Source of the DNA: Bacteroidota bacterium
GTDB lineage: Bacteria; Bacteroidota; Bacteroidia; Chitinophagales; Saprospiraceae
Assembly (NCBI GenBank): GCA_029781865.1
Contig: JAKOVW010000093.1
Coordinates: 4,718-68,717, forward strand
DNA: 64,000 nucleotides
Direction of reading: 5' to 3'
The notes below the pieces were generated by a model. It ran no database searches and was not told the DNA's origin. It saw only the letters and a program-made list of their open reading frames with translations. Position 1 is the stretch's first letter; each line of letters starts with the position of its first letter. The position numbers were made by a program, and so were the translations under genes. Positions 28,018 to 37,077 of this stretch are shown one piece after another.

Positions 28018-30345
28018 CTACCGATCATAAAAAAACACGCTCAATTCAGTTTGGTTGCTGTTCCAATCCACGGATTTCAGCGTAATTTCATGTGGTATTC
28101 CCTGACTATCTTTTGAGGTCTGTTTCCACGACAATTGAGCGACTTTGGATTGCGCATCCCGGCCGGTTAGCGTTTTGCCAATAATCTGACCCGGCAGGTA
28201 ATCTTCCAATGGGAAATTTTGTAAAACTATAGCCGCCTGATAAGTCCAGTCTCCGCCATAGGCTATTCCTGTATAAATGGCGGATAGGGATGTGATTTTC
28301 TTTCCGTCATCTGATAAAGTACCATGAATTGTGCAGGTATAGGTTGCCGGAAATAAGTTGAATTGAAAATCTGCATCAAAGGTGTTTTTATTCCAGCTGA
28401 GTGCCGGAGCTGTACCTGTATATTTATTAGACCAGGCAATTGACGGAATATCAGAACCATCTGATGCTTTGATGGTGCTTGGTGGGTTTGTGTCCATTCC
28501 TTTAAGCGTTATGGCGATTTTAGGCCATATGGTAGCAGTGGCTTTTGTGGTCACTTTTGCCACTTCTTTTTGATTGTCCAGATCAATCACGCTTAGCGTG
28601 ATCTCAAAAGTTCCGGGATTTTTATATTTATGAATGATGAAAGTATCTGTTGTTGAAACTTTGTTTTCACTGGAAGGACTGGCCGGATCTCCAAAATCCC
28701 AGTCAAACCGGGCACGTTTTGGTGCTGATCCATTATTCCGTGCAACAAATTTGACTTCGACATTCAGGCCAACTGAAGTATCTGCCGGCTCTATCCAAAT
28801 ATCGGATAGTTGGATTTTAAACCAATCAAATCCAATCCATTTCTCGTATTTGCCTCCGGGCGGAATCGCTTTCAAATAAAGTCCCATAAGAGTGTCTTTA
28901 TTGGTCATCTTTACTGTCGTTGCAGGATTAATGCGTTCCTGACCAAAACCAGGTAAAAAGCTGGTCATCTCCAATTTCAGATTGTATGAAGGATCAATAC
29001 CGGTTACTTCAAAGTCAAACTCATCAAACGGTATATAATTGACAATGCTATTGTCACTTATATTCAATTCTACTTTAGTAAATGAAGGGTCTTTTGGAAC
29101 TGCATACACTTTATAAGGAGGGAATATACCGTCTCCGATGGTGTTATTCTGAACTTTCTGCCATAAGAAATTCATTTCATCATCAGTCATCACGGATGAA
29201 AGCGGTACTAAAGCAATTTTATCACATTGAAATAAGTCCCCGTCTTCTATGGCTTTTGCGTTGGCTGCGGAAGTATATGGTTTAAATGTTTTATTGATCA
29301 AATCATATTCAATGACATTTTCCAAACCAGGGTAATTCGGATCATATACGTGAATCTTTGCATTGCTTGCATTGATTTCATAGGAAAATCCAATGATCAT
29401 GTGCGCCGTATCCTTACGGGAATCCTTAACATAAATCAATTGAGGTTGATTATTGACTAACATGCTATAAATGAGATTCCAGAAGCGGTCGTCCTGTGGT
29501 GCATCCAGCATTTCCGTAATGCTTTGATTATTGCTGGACCAGAATATTTCCTGAACCCGGTGAATGGCTGTTGCAAATTGCAGACCCTTAACATCGTCTT
29601 CCCAAAAATCGGTAGTGCGAAACCAAAGTTTGTCATTTTCAAAAAAACTGAAGAGGTTTACGCTGGAATTAAAATTTTTAAAATAGTAGGCCGCTCCTAT
29701 ACTCATTCCGGCACATATTCCATCCGGTGCTGGATATGTACCAAAATTTCTGAAACTCCATCCATTGACCTGGGGAGCAAACAAGGTATGAAAACCACCA
29801 CCCTGAATTAAAAGATCTTTTTGAACTTCCGTCACGACGATCAGGGAAAAATGCCTTACAGCGATTTCAATAAAATGATCTCCAATGCTAACTGCAGGTA
29901 TTCCTTCTAACAATCCTGATTTTTTATCGTAGTAATAAGCCATACGATAAAATCCGGCATTCGGAGTAACCGGAATCTGAAGCTTCATCATTTTATCAGA
30001 ATATTTTCCGCCATTAGTTATTTCGATTAATGGGCTGACCGGATTAAAATACTGACCTAAACTATGTGAACTGATTTTGGAATAAGAGACTGAAAAGTCT
30101 TTTGCTTCTAAATAGGCTCCATCAGGAACAATAATGCGGAGACCTTCCAAAGGAGTTTGTGTGCCACTTATACTCAATTCCCCGCCATTGGCAGGAATCG
30201 ATTTTTTGATTACCAAAACAGAACTCTCCGTTTTTATTTTTCCAGAATCCGTATTTGGCTCGTTTTCGTCTTTGGAACAGGAAGAAATAATAATAAGTCC
30301 CAAACTTATCCATATACCTGCAAAAAAATAACAGTACTTTTTCAT
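28018..30345 (-). CDS. Large lipoprotein with a PKD domain and a possible papain-fold (C39-like) cysteine-peptidase-like region
   Basis: Lipobox IISSCS. PKD-like block FDWDFGD..HKYKNPGTFEITLSV. Central DGICAGMSIGAAYYF ... AHMIIGFSYE ... IHVYDPNYPG is arranged as Cys/His/Asp. Confidence 0.6.
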   Translation of the reverse strand: MKKYCYFFAGIWISLGLIIISSCSKDENEPNTDSGKIKTESSVLVIKKSIPANGGELSISGTQTPLEGLRIIVPDGAYLEAKDFSVSYSKISSHSLGQYFNPVSPLIEITNGGKYSDKMMKLQIPVTPNAGFYRMAYYYDKKSGLLEGIPAVSIGDHFIEIAVRHFSLIVVTEVQKDLLIQGGGFHTLFAPQVNGWSFRNFGTYPAPDGICAGMSIGAAYYFKNFNSSVNLFSFFENDKLWFRTTDFWEDDVKGLQFATAIHRVQEIFWSSNNQSITEMLDAPQDDRFWNLIYSMLVNNQPQLIYVKDSRKDTAHMIIGFSYEINASNAKIHVYDPNYPGLENVIEYDLINKTFKPYTSAANAKAIEDGDLFQCDKIALVPLSSVMTDDEMNFLWQKVQNNTIGDGIFPPYKVYAVPKDPSFTKVELNISDNSIVNYIPFDEFDFEVTGIDPSYNLKLEMTSFLPGFGQERINPATTVKMTNKDTLMGLYLKAIPPGGKYEKWIGFDWFKIQLSDIWIEPADTSVGLNVEVKFVARNNGSAPKRARFDWDFGDPASPSSENKVSTTDTFIIHKYKNPGTFEITLSVIDLDNQKEVAKVTTKATATIWPKIAITLKGMDTNPPSTIKASDGSDIPSIAWSNKYTGTAPALSWNKNTFDADFQFNLFPATYTCTIHGTLSDDGKKITSLSAIYTGIAYGGDWTYQAAIVLQNFPLEDYLPGQIIGKTLTGRDAQSKVAQLSWKQTSKDSQGIPHEITLKSVDWNSNQTELSVFFYDR

Positions 30346-30486
30346 GACGATTCACATTTTTACAAATATTCGGACGAATTAAAACGATAAGCATTGATGA
30401 AAATCAACCGGCTAACTGACAGAGATCTATAGGCTCCATCTGCAACATTTAAAATAAATAATAGAATAAGATTTTTTGCAATACTC

Positions 30487-31254
30487 TTAGAGATCTTTCT
30501 TTCCAAACGACCTCATCGCTAAGTAAAGCGGCAACAGGATCCACAGCAACATTATTCCTCCTGTAAAAAAAATACCGGTCGAACTACCAAAAAAATCTTT
30601 GTACAATGCACCGGTATAACCCATCAGGGCACTGACATCCATCTTGAGCATGATAGATACGCGTGCAAGATCAATCGGATTGAATGCTGTCAGCACCAAA
30701 GTGAATTTTTCTAATGGATAATCACTAAATGTAAACAGCAGCATCATTACAATCCCATCATAAATCAATGCGAAATAAAACCACAACAACAAAACGATAC
30801 CAATGCCACGTGCTTTGTCCCTCGATTTGACAGCAGCCCAATACGCAAGAGAGGTGCAGGCCAAAGTCAGTCCAATACCCGTTAGGATCAATGTAAAACC
30901 CGTTTCACCGCTTGAATATAAAAGAACCGGTATTCCCATACCAATGAGCAACGCAAGTACAAGTGAGATACCGGTACTCAGATATTCACAAAACAATACC
31001 TTAGTTCTGCTTATCGGTTGCGCAAGTAACATCTCAATGAATTCATAGGAATTGTAATAATGTATGGTCGAAAAGATCATGCTGATCAGCGGAATGGTGA
31101 TCAACTGAATATTCAATAAGCTCAAAATGGCTTTGCTTGAATTTTCTTCAAGATTAAATAACAACAAGCTTACCAGCAACAAAAATCCGGTATACGCAAG
31201 GATGACTTTATTGCGTATGATATCATACAAGATGTATTTGGATAATTTAAACAT
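30487..31254 (-). CDS. nosY: ABC-2 type permease NosY
   Basis: 255 aa with 6 TM helices. Its start overlaps the nosF stop by 1 nt, within a nosDFY context. Confidence 0.8.
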   Translation of the reverse strand: MFKLSKYILYDIIRNKVILAYTGFLLLVSLLLFNLEENSSKAILSLLNIQLITIPLISMIFSTIHYYNSYEFIEMLLAQPISRTKVLFCEYLSTGISLVLALLIGMGIPVLLYSSGETGFTLILTGIGLTLACTSLAYWAAVKSRDKARGIGIVLLLWFYFALIYDGIVMMLLFTFSDYPLEKFTLVLTAFNPIDLARVSIMLKMDVSALMGYTGALYKDFFGSSTGIFFTGGIMLLWILLPLYLAMRSFGKKDL

Positions 31255-31967
31255 TAGTTCCCTTTAGCTTTCATCAATTCAGCAATGGCCTTTTCAAATT
31301 TTTGCTCTCCGGTTATCTTACGCAGATTTCCCATGTCGCCGGAAAATTCGATATTACCCTCCTGCAAGTAAAGCACATGCGTTGTCAGATCATCGAGATC
31401 ACTTAAAATATGCGAAGTAATGAGGATGAGTTTGTCATTATTTTTTTCTTTCTGAATTTTTTCCTTAAGCAGTTCTGATGCAAGCGGATCCAACCCGGCC
31501 GTCGGTTCATCGAGTATTAAGATCTCCGGACTAAATAAAAATGCAATGGCCGCACTGACTTTTTGCCGGGTACCTCCTGATAACGTACGCATGGATTTAT
31601 CTGAAATCGAATCCAATCCATACGTTTGAATTAATTCCTCATCTACAACTGATTTGGTATGATTCCGCAAATTTTTCAGAAGTTTGAAAATCTGACCCAC
31701 TTTCATATGATCCGGATAACGCCCGATTTGCGGCATGTATCCGATACGTGATCTATACTGATCATCGCTGAGAATATTCTTACCTTCCAATAGTATCTGT
31801 CCTTCGTCCGGTTTAACCATTCCAAGTATGCATTTGATCAATGTTGTTTTGCCGGATCCATTCGGCCCAATTAATGAAACGACCTGTCCTTTCTGAAATG
31901 AAGCAGAAATTTCATTTAATGCAATTGTTTTTTTAAATCGCTTGTGCAGGCTTTGAACTTCTATCAT
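31254..31967 (-). CDS. nosF: ABC transporter ATP-binding protein NosF
   Basis: Walker A GPNGSGKTT, signature LSGGTRQK and Walker B ILILDEP. Overlaps nosD by 4 nt. Confidence 0.85.
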   Translation of the reverse strand: MIEVQSLHKRFKKTIALNEISASFQKGQVVSLIGPNGSGKTTLIKCILGMVKPDEGQILLEGKNILSDDQYRSRIGYMPQIGRYPDHMKVGQIFKLLKNLRNHTKSVVDEELIQTYGLDSISDKSMRTLSGGTRQKVSAAIAFLFSPEILILDEPTAGLDPLASELLKEKIQKEKNNDKLILITSHILSDLDDLTTHVLYLQEGNIEFSGDMGNLRKITGEQKFEKAIAELMKAKGN

Positions 31968-33223
31968 ATCCGGTTGGGGATCATTTTAGGTTTCTCATCA
32001 ACCAGGTTTTCCGGTGTAATGCTGGGTATTGCTTTTTCTGCTTTGTCCAATATGGAAATCAATATGCTTCGCAACAAGATAAGACAAACCGGGTTCTCTT
32101 CCACAATCATTGCATACATACTTACCGGATGATAGGGGATATCTCCATAACTGTCTTTGTTGAGATCATAACCTTCGTATTTATCCCAGTAATTACTGGT
32201 AAAGGTATTGAGCATCATGGTTCCATTCGTAGCCACATCAAAAGTATTGCCCGTAAAATTATTGAATTGAAATTGATTATCGTTACAACTGGCCTGCACT
32301 TTTAATGCCCAGCCATTATCCTGAAATTTATTTTTTTCGACTACCATGCGGCTACTGCCTTCCATATGTATCCCCACTGTGTTTCTGATAAAATAATTAG
32401 CTTGAATTTTACTGTCCGAAATATCTTTCAACAAAATCCCATACGCAGAAGCACCCCAGTTATCTTCAAAAGTATTGTTTTCCATTTGAACATTATGCGA
32501 GTACATCACTGCCACACCTGCTCCATTATTTTTAAAATCATTATGGCTGTAAAAGTCATTGTGCGAAAACATAAAATGCAAACCATAGCGGATATTTTTT
32601 GTGCTGTAATTATTTTGAATCTGCGACTCTGTTACAAATTCAAAATAAATGCCATCCCTGTGACCACTGATTTGGTTTCCAACTATCATCGCATGATTGC
32701 ACTTCCAGAGATGAATGCCATTGCCTGTGTTTTGTTCGCTTTTAGAATGTCCTTCAATAATATTGTTTTTGACCTGCGCATCGATAGTATTTGAAATGTG
32801 AATTGCAAAATAGGCATTGACAATAATATTATCAGAAACAAGCACACTTGTAGCATCAATGCATTTGATCGAAGCAAAGTCATTCATTGCAGAGGCACCG
32901 CTGTTTAAAAATTTAAATCCGGAAACACAAATATTTTTACCACTCAGGGTAATGATTTCGTATTGATTTTCGCCATCCAGTACCGGTTGATTTTTTCCAA
33001 TAAGGGCAATAGATTTATTGATAATTAAATTACCTTCTTTGTACAAGCCTCCTTCTACTAGTACGGTGTCACCTGGTTTAGCAGTTTGAATTCCCGCCTT
33101 AATGCTTTTTACAACCTGTGTTTCACCAACATATATGGTTCTACCGCCTAAAGGCATTAAAAATAGTAAGGATAGGATGATTCCGGAAAATCTTTGAATC
33201 TGTGTTCTATTCAATGTTCTCAT
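31964..33223 (-). CDS. nosD: Periplasmic parallel-beta-helix copper-binding protein NosD
   Basis: 419 aa with a signal peptide and repeated ..N.I.GN.. beta-helix rungs (GIHLWKCNHAMIVGNQISGHRDGIYFEF, GLHFMFS). Positioned between nosL and nosF. Confidence 0.85.
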   Translation of the reverse strand: MRTLNRTQIQRFSGIILSLLFLMPLGGRTIYVGETQVVKSIKAGIQTAKPGDTVLVEGGLYKEGNLIINKSIALIGKNQPVLDGENQYEIITLSGKNICVSGFKFLNSGASAMNDFASIKCIDATSVLVSDNIIVNAYFAIHISNTIDAQVKNNIIEGHSKSEQNTGNGIHLWKCNHAMIVGNQISGHRDGIYFEFVTESQIQNNYSTKNIRYGLHFMFSHNDFYSHNDFKNNGAGVAVMYSHNVQMENNTFEDNWGASAYGILLKDISDSKIQANYFIRNTVGIHMEGSSRMVVEKNKFQDNGWALKVQASCNDNQFQFNNFTGNTFDVATNGTMMLNTFTSNYWDKYEGYDLNKDSYGDIPYHPVSMYAMIVEENPVCLILLRSILISILDKAEKAIPSITPENLVDEKPKMIPNRI

Positions 33224-34223
33224 AAATTGGTTTCCACTCCAACAGCTTACCCTGGGTCTTCAACATAAATTGCTTTGCGGACTCTGTATTTGAAAATGCT
33301 GCCACATGAAAATTCATTGGACTTTTAATTTGCTCACCAACTACGAATGTACTTTTGTTTACATCCATTAAATCGTTTTCTTTTTCATAATTGACGACCA
33401 GGATTTGATTATATTCTGATGCCCGCACTGTTTCTGATTTCATAAACCGGATCATACAACCCACATCATCAAACTTATAAATCTTTCCTTTCTTTGTAAC
33501 CAGTTCACTTCCGAATTTAGCATCGACGATTCCCATTTTACAGGTATAACATACATCTGTACCAAATTTGAATGGTTCCGGTTTTGCTGTGCAGGCTTGT
33601 TGAACACTTAACAAAGATACCAAAATTACACTCAAAGCGATCCGGTTGGCTTTGTGATGTTTGTACCATTCCAGGCACCAAATAAACACCATGATAGATG
33701 CTGCAATGATAATAATCCAACCCCCGATATCGGGCTGTGAATAAGCATCAAAATTAAGTAATCGCTTATGCCCAATCAACGGTGGCTGATAAGATAATCC
33801 GGGAACTTTAATAGCCGCTGCAGGATCCAGATTATGTCCATATTCATAACCCCAGCGATAGAAATCATACATGCTAAATACTCCTCCGAACGCAGTAAAT
33901 ACCAGGTACCAGAACAGTATGGCCATTTTACCGGAATAAGCCACGAGCAATCCAAGTATGATGTAAAAAATCACGATATACGTCAAAAAAGAAAACTCCG
34001 GAAACATTTCGACACTGATATGTCGCATACCGATATAATGATTCAAACCATTTATAATATCGATGTCTCCTTTAAGGGTATTCAACCATATTTTCATGGT
34101 CAGCCCTTCCGGATACTGTGGCGCAAACAAATCGATTCTCCAGAAGGGCACAAAGAATGTGCCGATTAAGGATAAGGATGAGATTGCTACTACGATTCGC
34201 GAGGTATTATTTACGTTAGTCAT
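33207..34223 (-). CDS. nosL: NosL copper chaperone domain fused to an N-terminal 4-TM membrane domain
   Basis: The C-terminal ~125 aa carry the NosL signature CYTCKMGIVDAKFGSE..KIYKFDDVGCMIRF. The N-terminal ~200 aa have 4 predicted TM helices. An internal lipoprotein-signal-like segment (IALSVILVSLLSVQQAC) sits at the junction. Confidence 0.75.
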   Translation of the reverse strand: MTNVNNTSRIVVAISSLSLIGTFFVPFWRIDLFAPQYPEGLTMKIWLNTLKGDIDIINGLNHYIGMRHISVEMFPEFSFLTYIVIFYIILGLLVAYSGKMAILFWYLVFTAFGGVFSMYDFYRWGYEYGHNLDPAAAIKVPGLSYQPPLIGHKRLLNFDAYSQPDIGGWIIIIAASIMVFIWCLEWYKHHKANRIALSVILVSLLSVQQACTAKPEPFKFGTDVCYTCKMGIVDAKFGSELVTKKGKIYKFDDVGCMIRFMKSETVRASEYNQILVVNYEKENDLMDVNKSTFVVGEQIKSPMNFHVAAFSNTESAKQFMLKTQGKLLEWKPIYENIE

Positions 34224-34368
34224 TTTCCAAGTATTGAAACTTCATAAATCATTATTCGTTAATCGATGTTCATTATAAAAAATGATGCCCCATATTATAA
34301 TTTATTAAAGCAACAAATTCCAAATGAATTAAAGGAAGTGTCCGATTAATGAATTCGTATTTTGATAA

Positions 34369-34410
34369 GTGAAACAAAAAGGGCCGGGCACATCAGAATG
34401 GGTCCGACCC
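34369..34410 (-). terminator. Putative rho-independent terminator downstream of the fasciclin gene, inside the nos cluster
   Basis: The minus strand reads GGGTCGGACCcattctgatgTGCCCGGCCC followed by TTTTTGTTTC. The stem is GC-rich (7 bp including one G-U) and conspicuous in AT-rich DNA, and a T-tract follows. Confidence 0.5.
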
Positions 34411-34446
34411 GTGACTCAAATTAAATGCTTCTGAAAACTTTACATT

Positions 34447-35016
34447 CTATTTAGATGGCAGCAATACAGCATCAATTACATGAATTATTCCGTTTGTTGC
34501 AGGAATAGTAGCTACCACATTAGCAGTACCATTGACCATCATTTTACCATCTTTCATCTGAATGGTGATATTGCTACCATTCACCATACCGATACTTTGT
34601 CCATCCTGAAGCATTTCCGGTTTATAAACGCCAACCGCAACATGATACTCCAGAATATTTTGCAGTGCATCCTTTTTATCCGGTTTCATCAAGCCATCGA
34701 CTGTACCTGGTGGCAGTTTGTCAAAAGCCGCATTGGTCGGAGCAAATACGGTAAAGGGTCCTGCATTGGAGAGATCATCTACATATTCTGCTTGTTTTAA
34801 TGCAGCAACTAAAGTAGTATGATCCTTCGAACCAATAGCAATCTTCACAATATCCTTTTGTGACACATCATCTTTAACTCCTGCCTGTCCCATATCTGCT
34901 GCAACTGCATTAGATTCAGCCGGCTTTGCATTTTCTTCTGCCGGTTTATTTGGATTGCCACATGAAAACAGAAACATCAACACTGAAATCATGCAACATT
35001 GAATAATTTGTTTCAT
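34447..35016 (-). CDS. Fasciclin (FAS1) domain lipoprotein
   Basis: Lipobox LFSCG and a low-complexity linker. FAS1 blocks are TLVAALKQA, GPFTVFAPTNAAF and NGIIHVIDAVLLP. Confidence 0.8.
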   Translation of the reverse strand: MKQIIQCCMISVLMFLFSCGNPNKPAEENAKPAESNAVAADMGQAGVKDDVSQKDIVKIAIGSKDHTTLVAALKQAEYVDDLSNAGPFTVFAPTNAAFDKLPPGTVDGLMKPDKKDALQNILEYHVAVGVYKPEMLQDGQSIGMVNGSNITIQMKDGKMMVNGTANVVATIPATNGIIHVIDAVLLPSK

Positions 35017-35047
35017 ATACTAAATTTAAAATTTGATGCAATGGTTT

Positions 35048-37051
35048 TTATTGATTCGTTGGTGCCGGATTGGTCTTCCCGGTACTAAAACTAATTGGAA
35101 CGTTTGCATTGGCCGGACTTACTCTGACGTAACCCTGCATTTCCTGATGAAGAGCGGAACAAAAATCGGTGCAGTACATCGGAAATACGCCAACGCGTTC
35201 CGGTTTCCATATCAAGGTTTGCGTTTCACCCGGCATAATCAACAATTCTGCATTATTAGCACCTTTGACTGCAAATCCATGGGGTACGTCCCAGTCTTGT
35301 TCAAGATTGGTAACATGGAAGTAAACGGCATCTCCCATTTTTACTCCTTCAATGTTATCCGGTACAAAGTGCGAACGAATCGAAGTCATATAAACATGAA
35401 CTTCATTTCCTTTGCGTTCCACTTTTGCATTTTTTTCACCCATAGCAACATATGGATTTTTATTCTCCTCAATTTTAAAAATCTTAGTACTGTTTTTTGC
35501 TAACAGTTCTGCAGGAATGGCTTCCGCATAATGTGGCTCACCTATGGTTGGAAAATCCAATAACAACTTCATTTTATCTCCATCAATAGAATACAATTGA
35601 GCAGATTGTGCCAGTTCAGGTCCCGTTGGAAGAAATCTGTCTTTGGTAATTTTATTGTAAGCGATAACATATTTTCCCCACGGCTTTTTAGTAGGACCGC
35701 CTGGCACACAAAGGTGACCAATAGAATAATAGGTAGGAACTCTATCTAAAACCTGTAAATCGCTCAAACGCCATTTTACAATTTCAGAAGAAACAAAAAA
35801 TGAAGTATATGCATTTCCATTCGCATCAAACTCAGTATGAAGAGGACCCAAACCTGGTTTTTTTACTTCGCCATGTAACACGGCATCGTATTTTAAAACA
35901 GGTATTCCTTCATAATCGCCATCATAATTTTTAGCCGCAATGGCAGCCTGTATTTTTGTAAAGGAAAAAACAGGTATTACTGCAGCCAATTTACCACTAC
36001 CCACGATATATTCTCCTGTAGGATCGGTATCGCAACCATGTGGGGATTTTGGACAAGGCATGAAATAAACCATATCAGGACAATCTTTTGGATCCAGAAC
36101 GATAACTTCATTTTCCATACTGGAGCTGGCCGAATGTGTTTGTTCATCATACGAATTGTGTGCATACTTCACCTGCTTTTTCATTCCTTTTCCTGCTTTC
36201 AGATATTCTTCTGCTTTTTTCCAGTTCACGGCAAGCACAAAGTCTTTATCCTTTTGAGATGCATTTACTTCTAATAAAGTATTTGCTCTTTCTGAGTTGT
36301 AACAACTGAAGAAAAACCATCCATGTGATTTTCCCTTTCCTGCACGAGCCAGGTCAAAATTTACACCGGGAAGTAAGATCTGAAATGCAATATGCATCTT
36401 ACCGGAAGCCGGATCCACACCTATAAAACTCACTGTTCCTCTGAAATTTTCCTTATACGTATTGATAGGCACATCCTGCTTGTCACCAATGGGTACACTA
36501 AACCGGGTTCCTGCAACTACATATTCTGAATTTTCAGTAATAAAAGGCGAGGAGTGATTTCCTGCACTATTGGGAATTTCAATAATTTCAGCAGTGCGGA
36601 ATGTTTTTAAATCCACACGCGCAATCCGTGGTGTATTATTTCCATTACCAAAAACCCATCTTCCATCATGCACCCCATCCGTTTCGGAAAGAGCAATGTG
36701 ATGTAAATCGTCCCAGGGAACAAAACCATGAGATGTATTTAACATCGGTTTGGTTTCTTCCGAATATCCATATCCTTTTTCAGGATCTACCGAAAAAACA
36801 GGGATCACTCTGAACAGCCTTCCTGATGGCAATCCGTAAACAGACATCTGACCACTGAATCCGCCGGATACGAAGTTGTAAAACTCGTCGTATTTTCCGG
36901 GAGGTACATACGCTTTAACAGCGGCATCACCGCCCATGGCAGTTTGGATTCCTTTAGGTTTGCAGGCATTCATTAAAAATGTAGCAAACAAAACAAATCC
37001 AAAGAGAGAGAGCAGCTGCATTCGTTTAAAAATCATGATTTCTTTATTCAT
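35048..37051 (-). CDS. nosZ: Nitrous-oxide reductase, Sec-dependent clade II type
   Basis: 667 aa. The C-terminal CuA motif is CTDFCSALHQEM. The N-terminal signal (MNKEIMIFKRMQLLSLFGFVLFATFLMNAC) has no twin-arginine motif. A beta-propeller region carries His-containing blocks. Confidence 0.9.
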   Translation of the reverse strand: MNKEIMIFKRMQLLSLFGFVLFATFLMNACKPKGIQTAMGGDAAVKAYVPPGKYDEFYNFVSGGFSGQMSVYGLPSGRLFRVIPVFSVDPEKGYGYSEETKPMLNTSHGFVPWDDLHHIALSETDGVHDGRWVFGNGNNTPRIARVDLKTFRTAEIIEIPNSAGNHSSPFITENSEYVVAGTRFSVPIGDKQDVPINTYKENFRGTVSFIGVDPASGKMHIAFQILLPGVNFDLARAGKGKSHGWFFFSCYNSERANTLLEVNASQKDKDFVLAVNWKKAEEYLKAGKGMKKQVKYAHNSYDEQTHSASSSMENEVIVLDPKDCPDMVYFMPCPKSPHGCDTDPTGEYIVGSGKLAAVIPVFSFTKIQAAIAAKNYDGDYEGIPVLKYDAVLHGEVKKPGLGPLHTEFDANGNAYTSFFVSSEIVKWRLSDLQVLDRVPTYYSIGHLCVPGGPTKKPWGKYVIAYNKITKDRFLPTGPELAQSAQLYSIDGDKMKLLLDFPTIGEPHYAEAIPAELLAKNSTKIFKIEENKNPYVAMGEKNAKVERKGNEVHVYMTSIRSHFVPDNIEGVKMGDAVYFHVTNLEQDWDVPHGFAVKGANNAELLIMPGETQTLIWKPERVGVFPMYCTDFCSALHQEMQGYVRVSPANANVPISFSTGKTNPAPTNQ

Positions 37052-37077
37052 CGTAAAAAATTTTAATACTGTGTCAA

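Noticed and set aside
35033-35503. 156-aa plus-strand ORF, together with many similar track ORFs such as 32366-32794, 22371-22724, 1813-2133 and 54745-55110
   Set aside because: They lie antisense to, or out of frame within, strongly supported genes (nosZ, nosD, anmK, fni, dnaE). Their composition is low-complexity or odd and they have no motifs. They are treated as shadow ORFs typical of AT-rich DNA.
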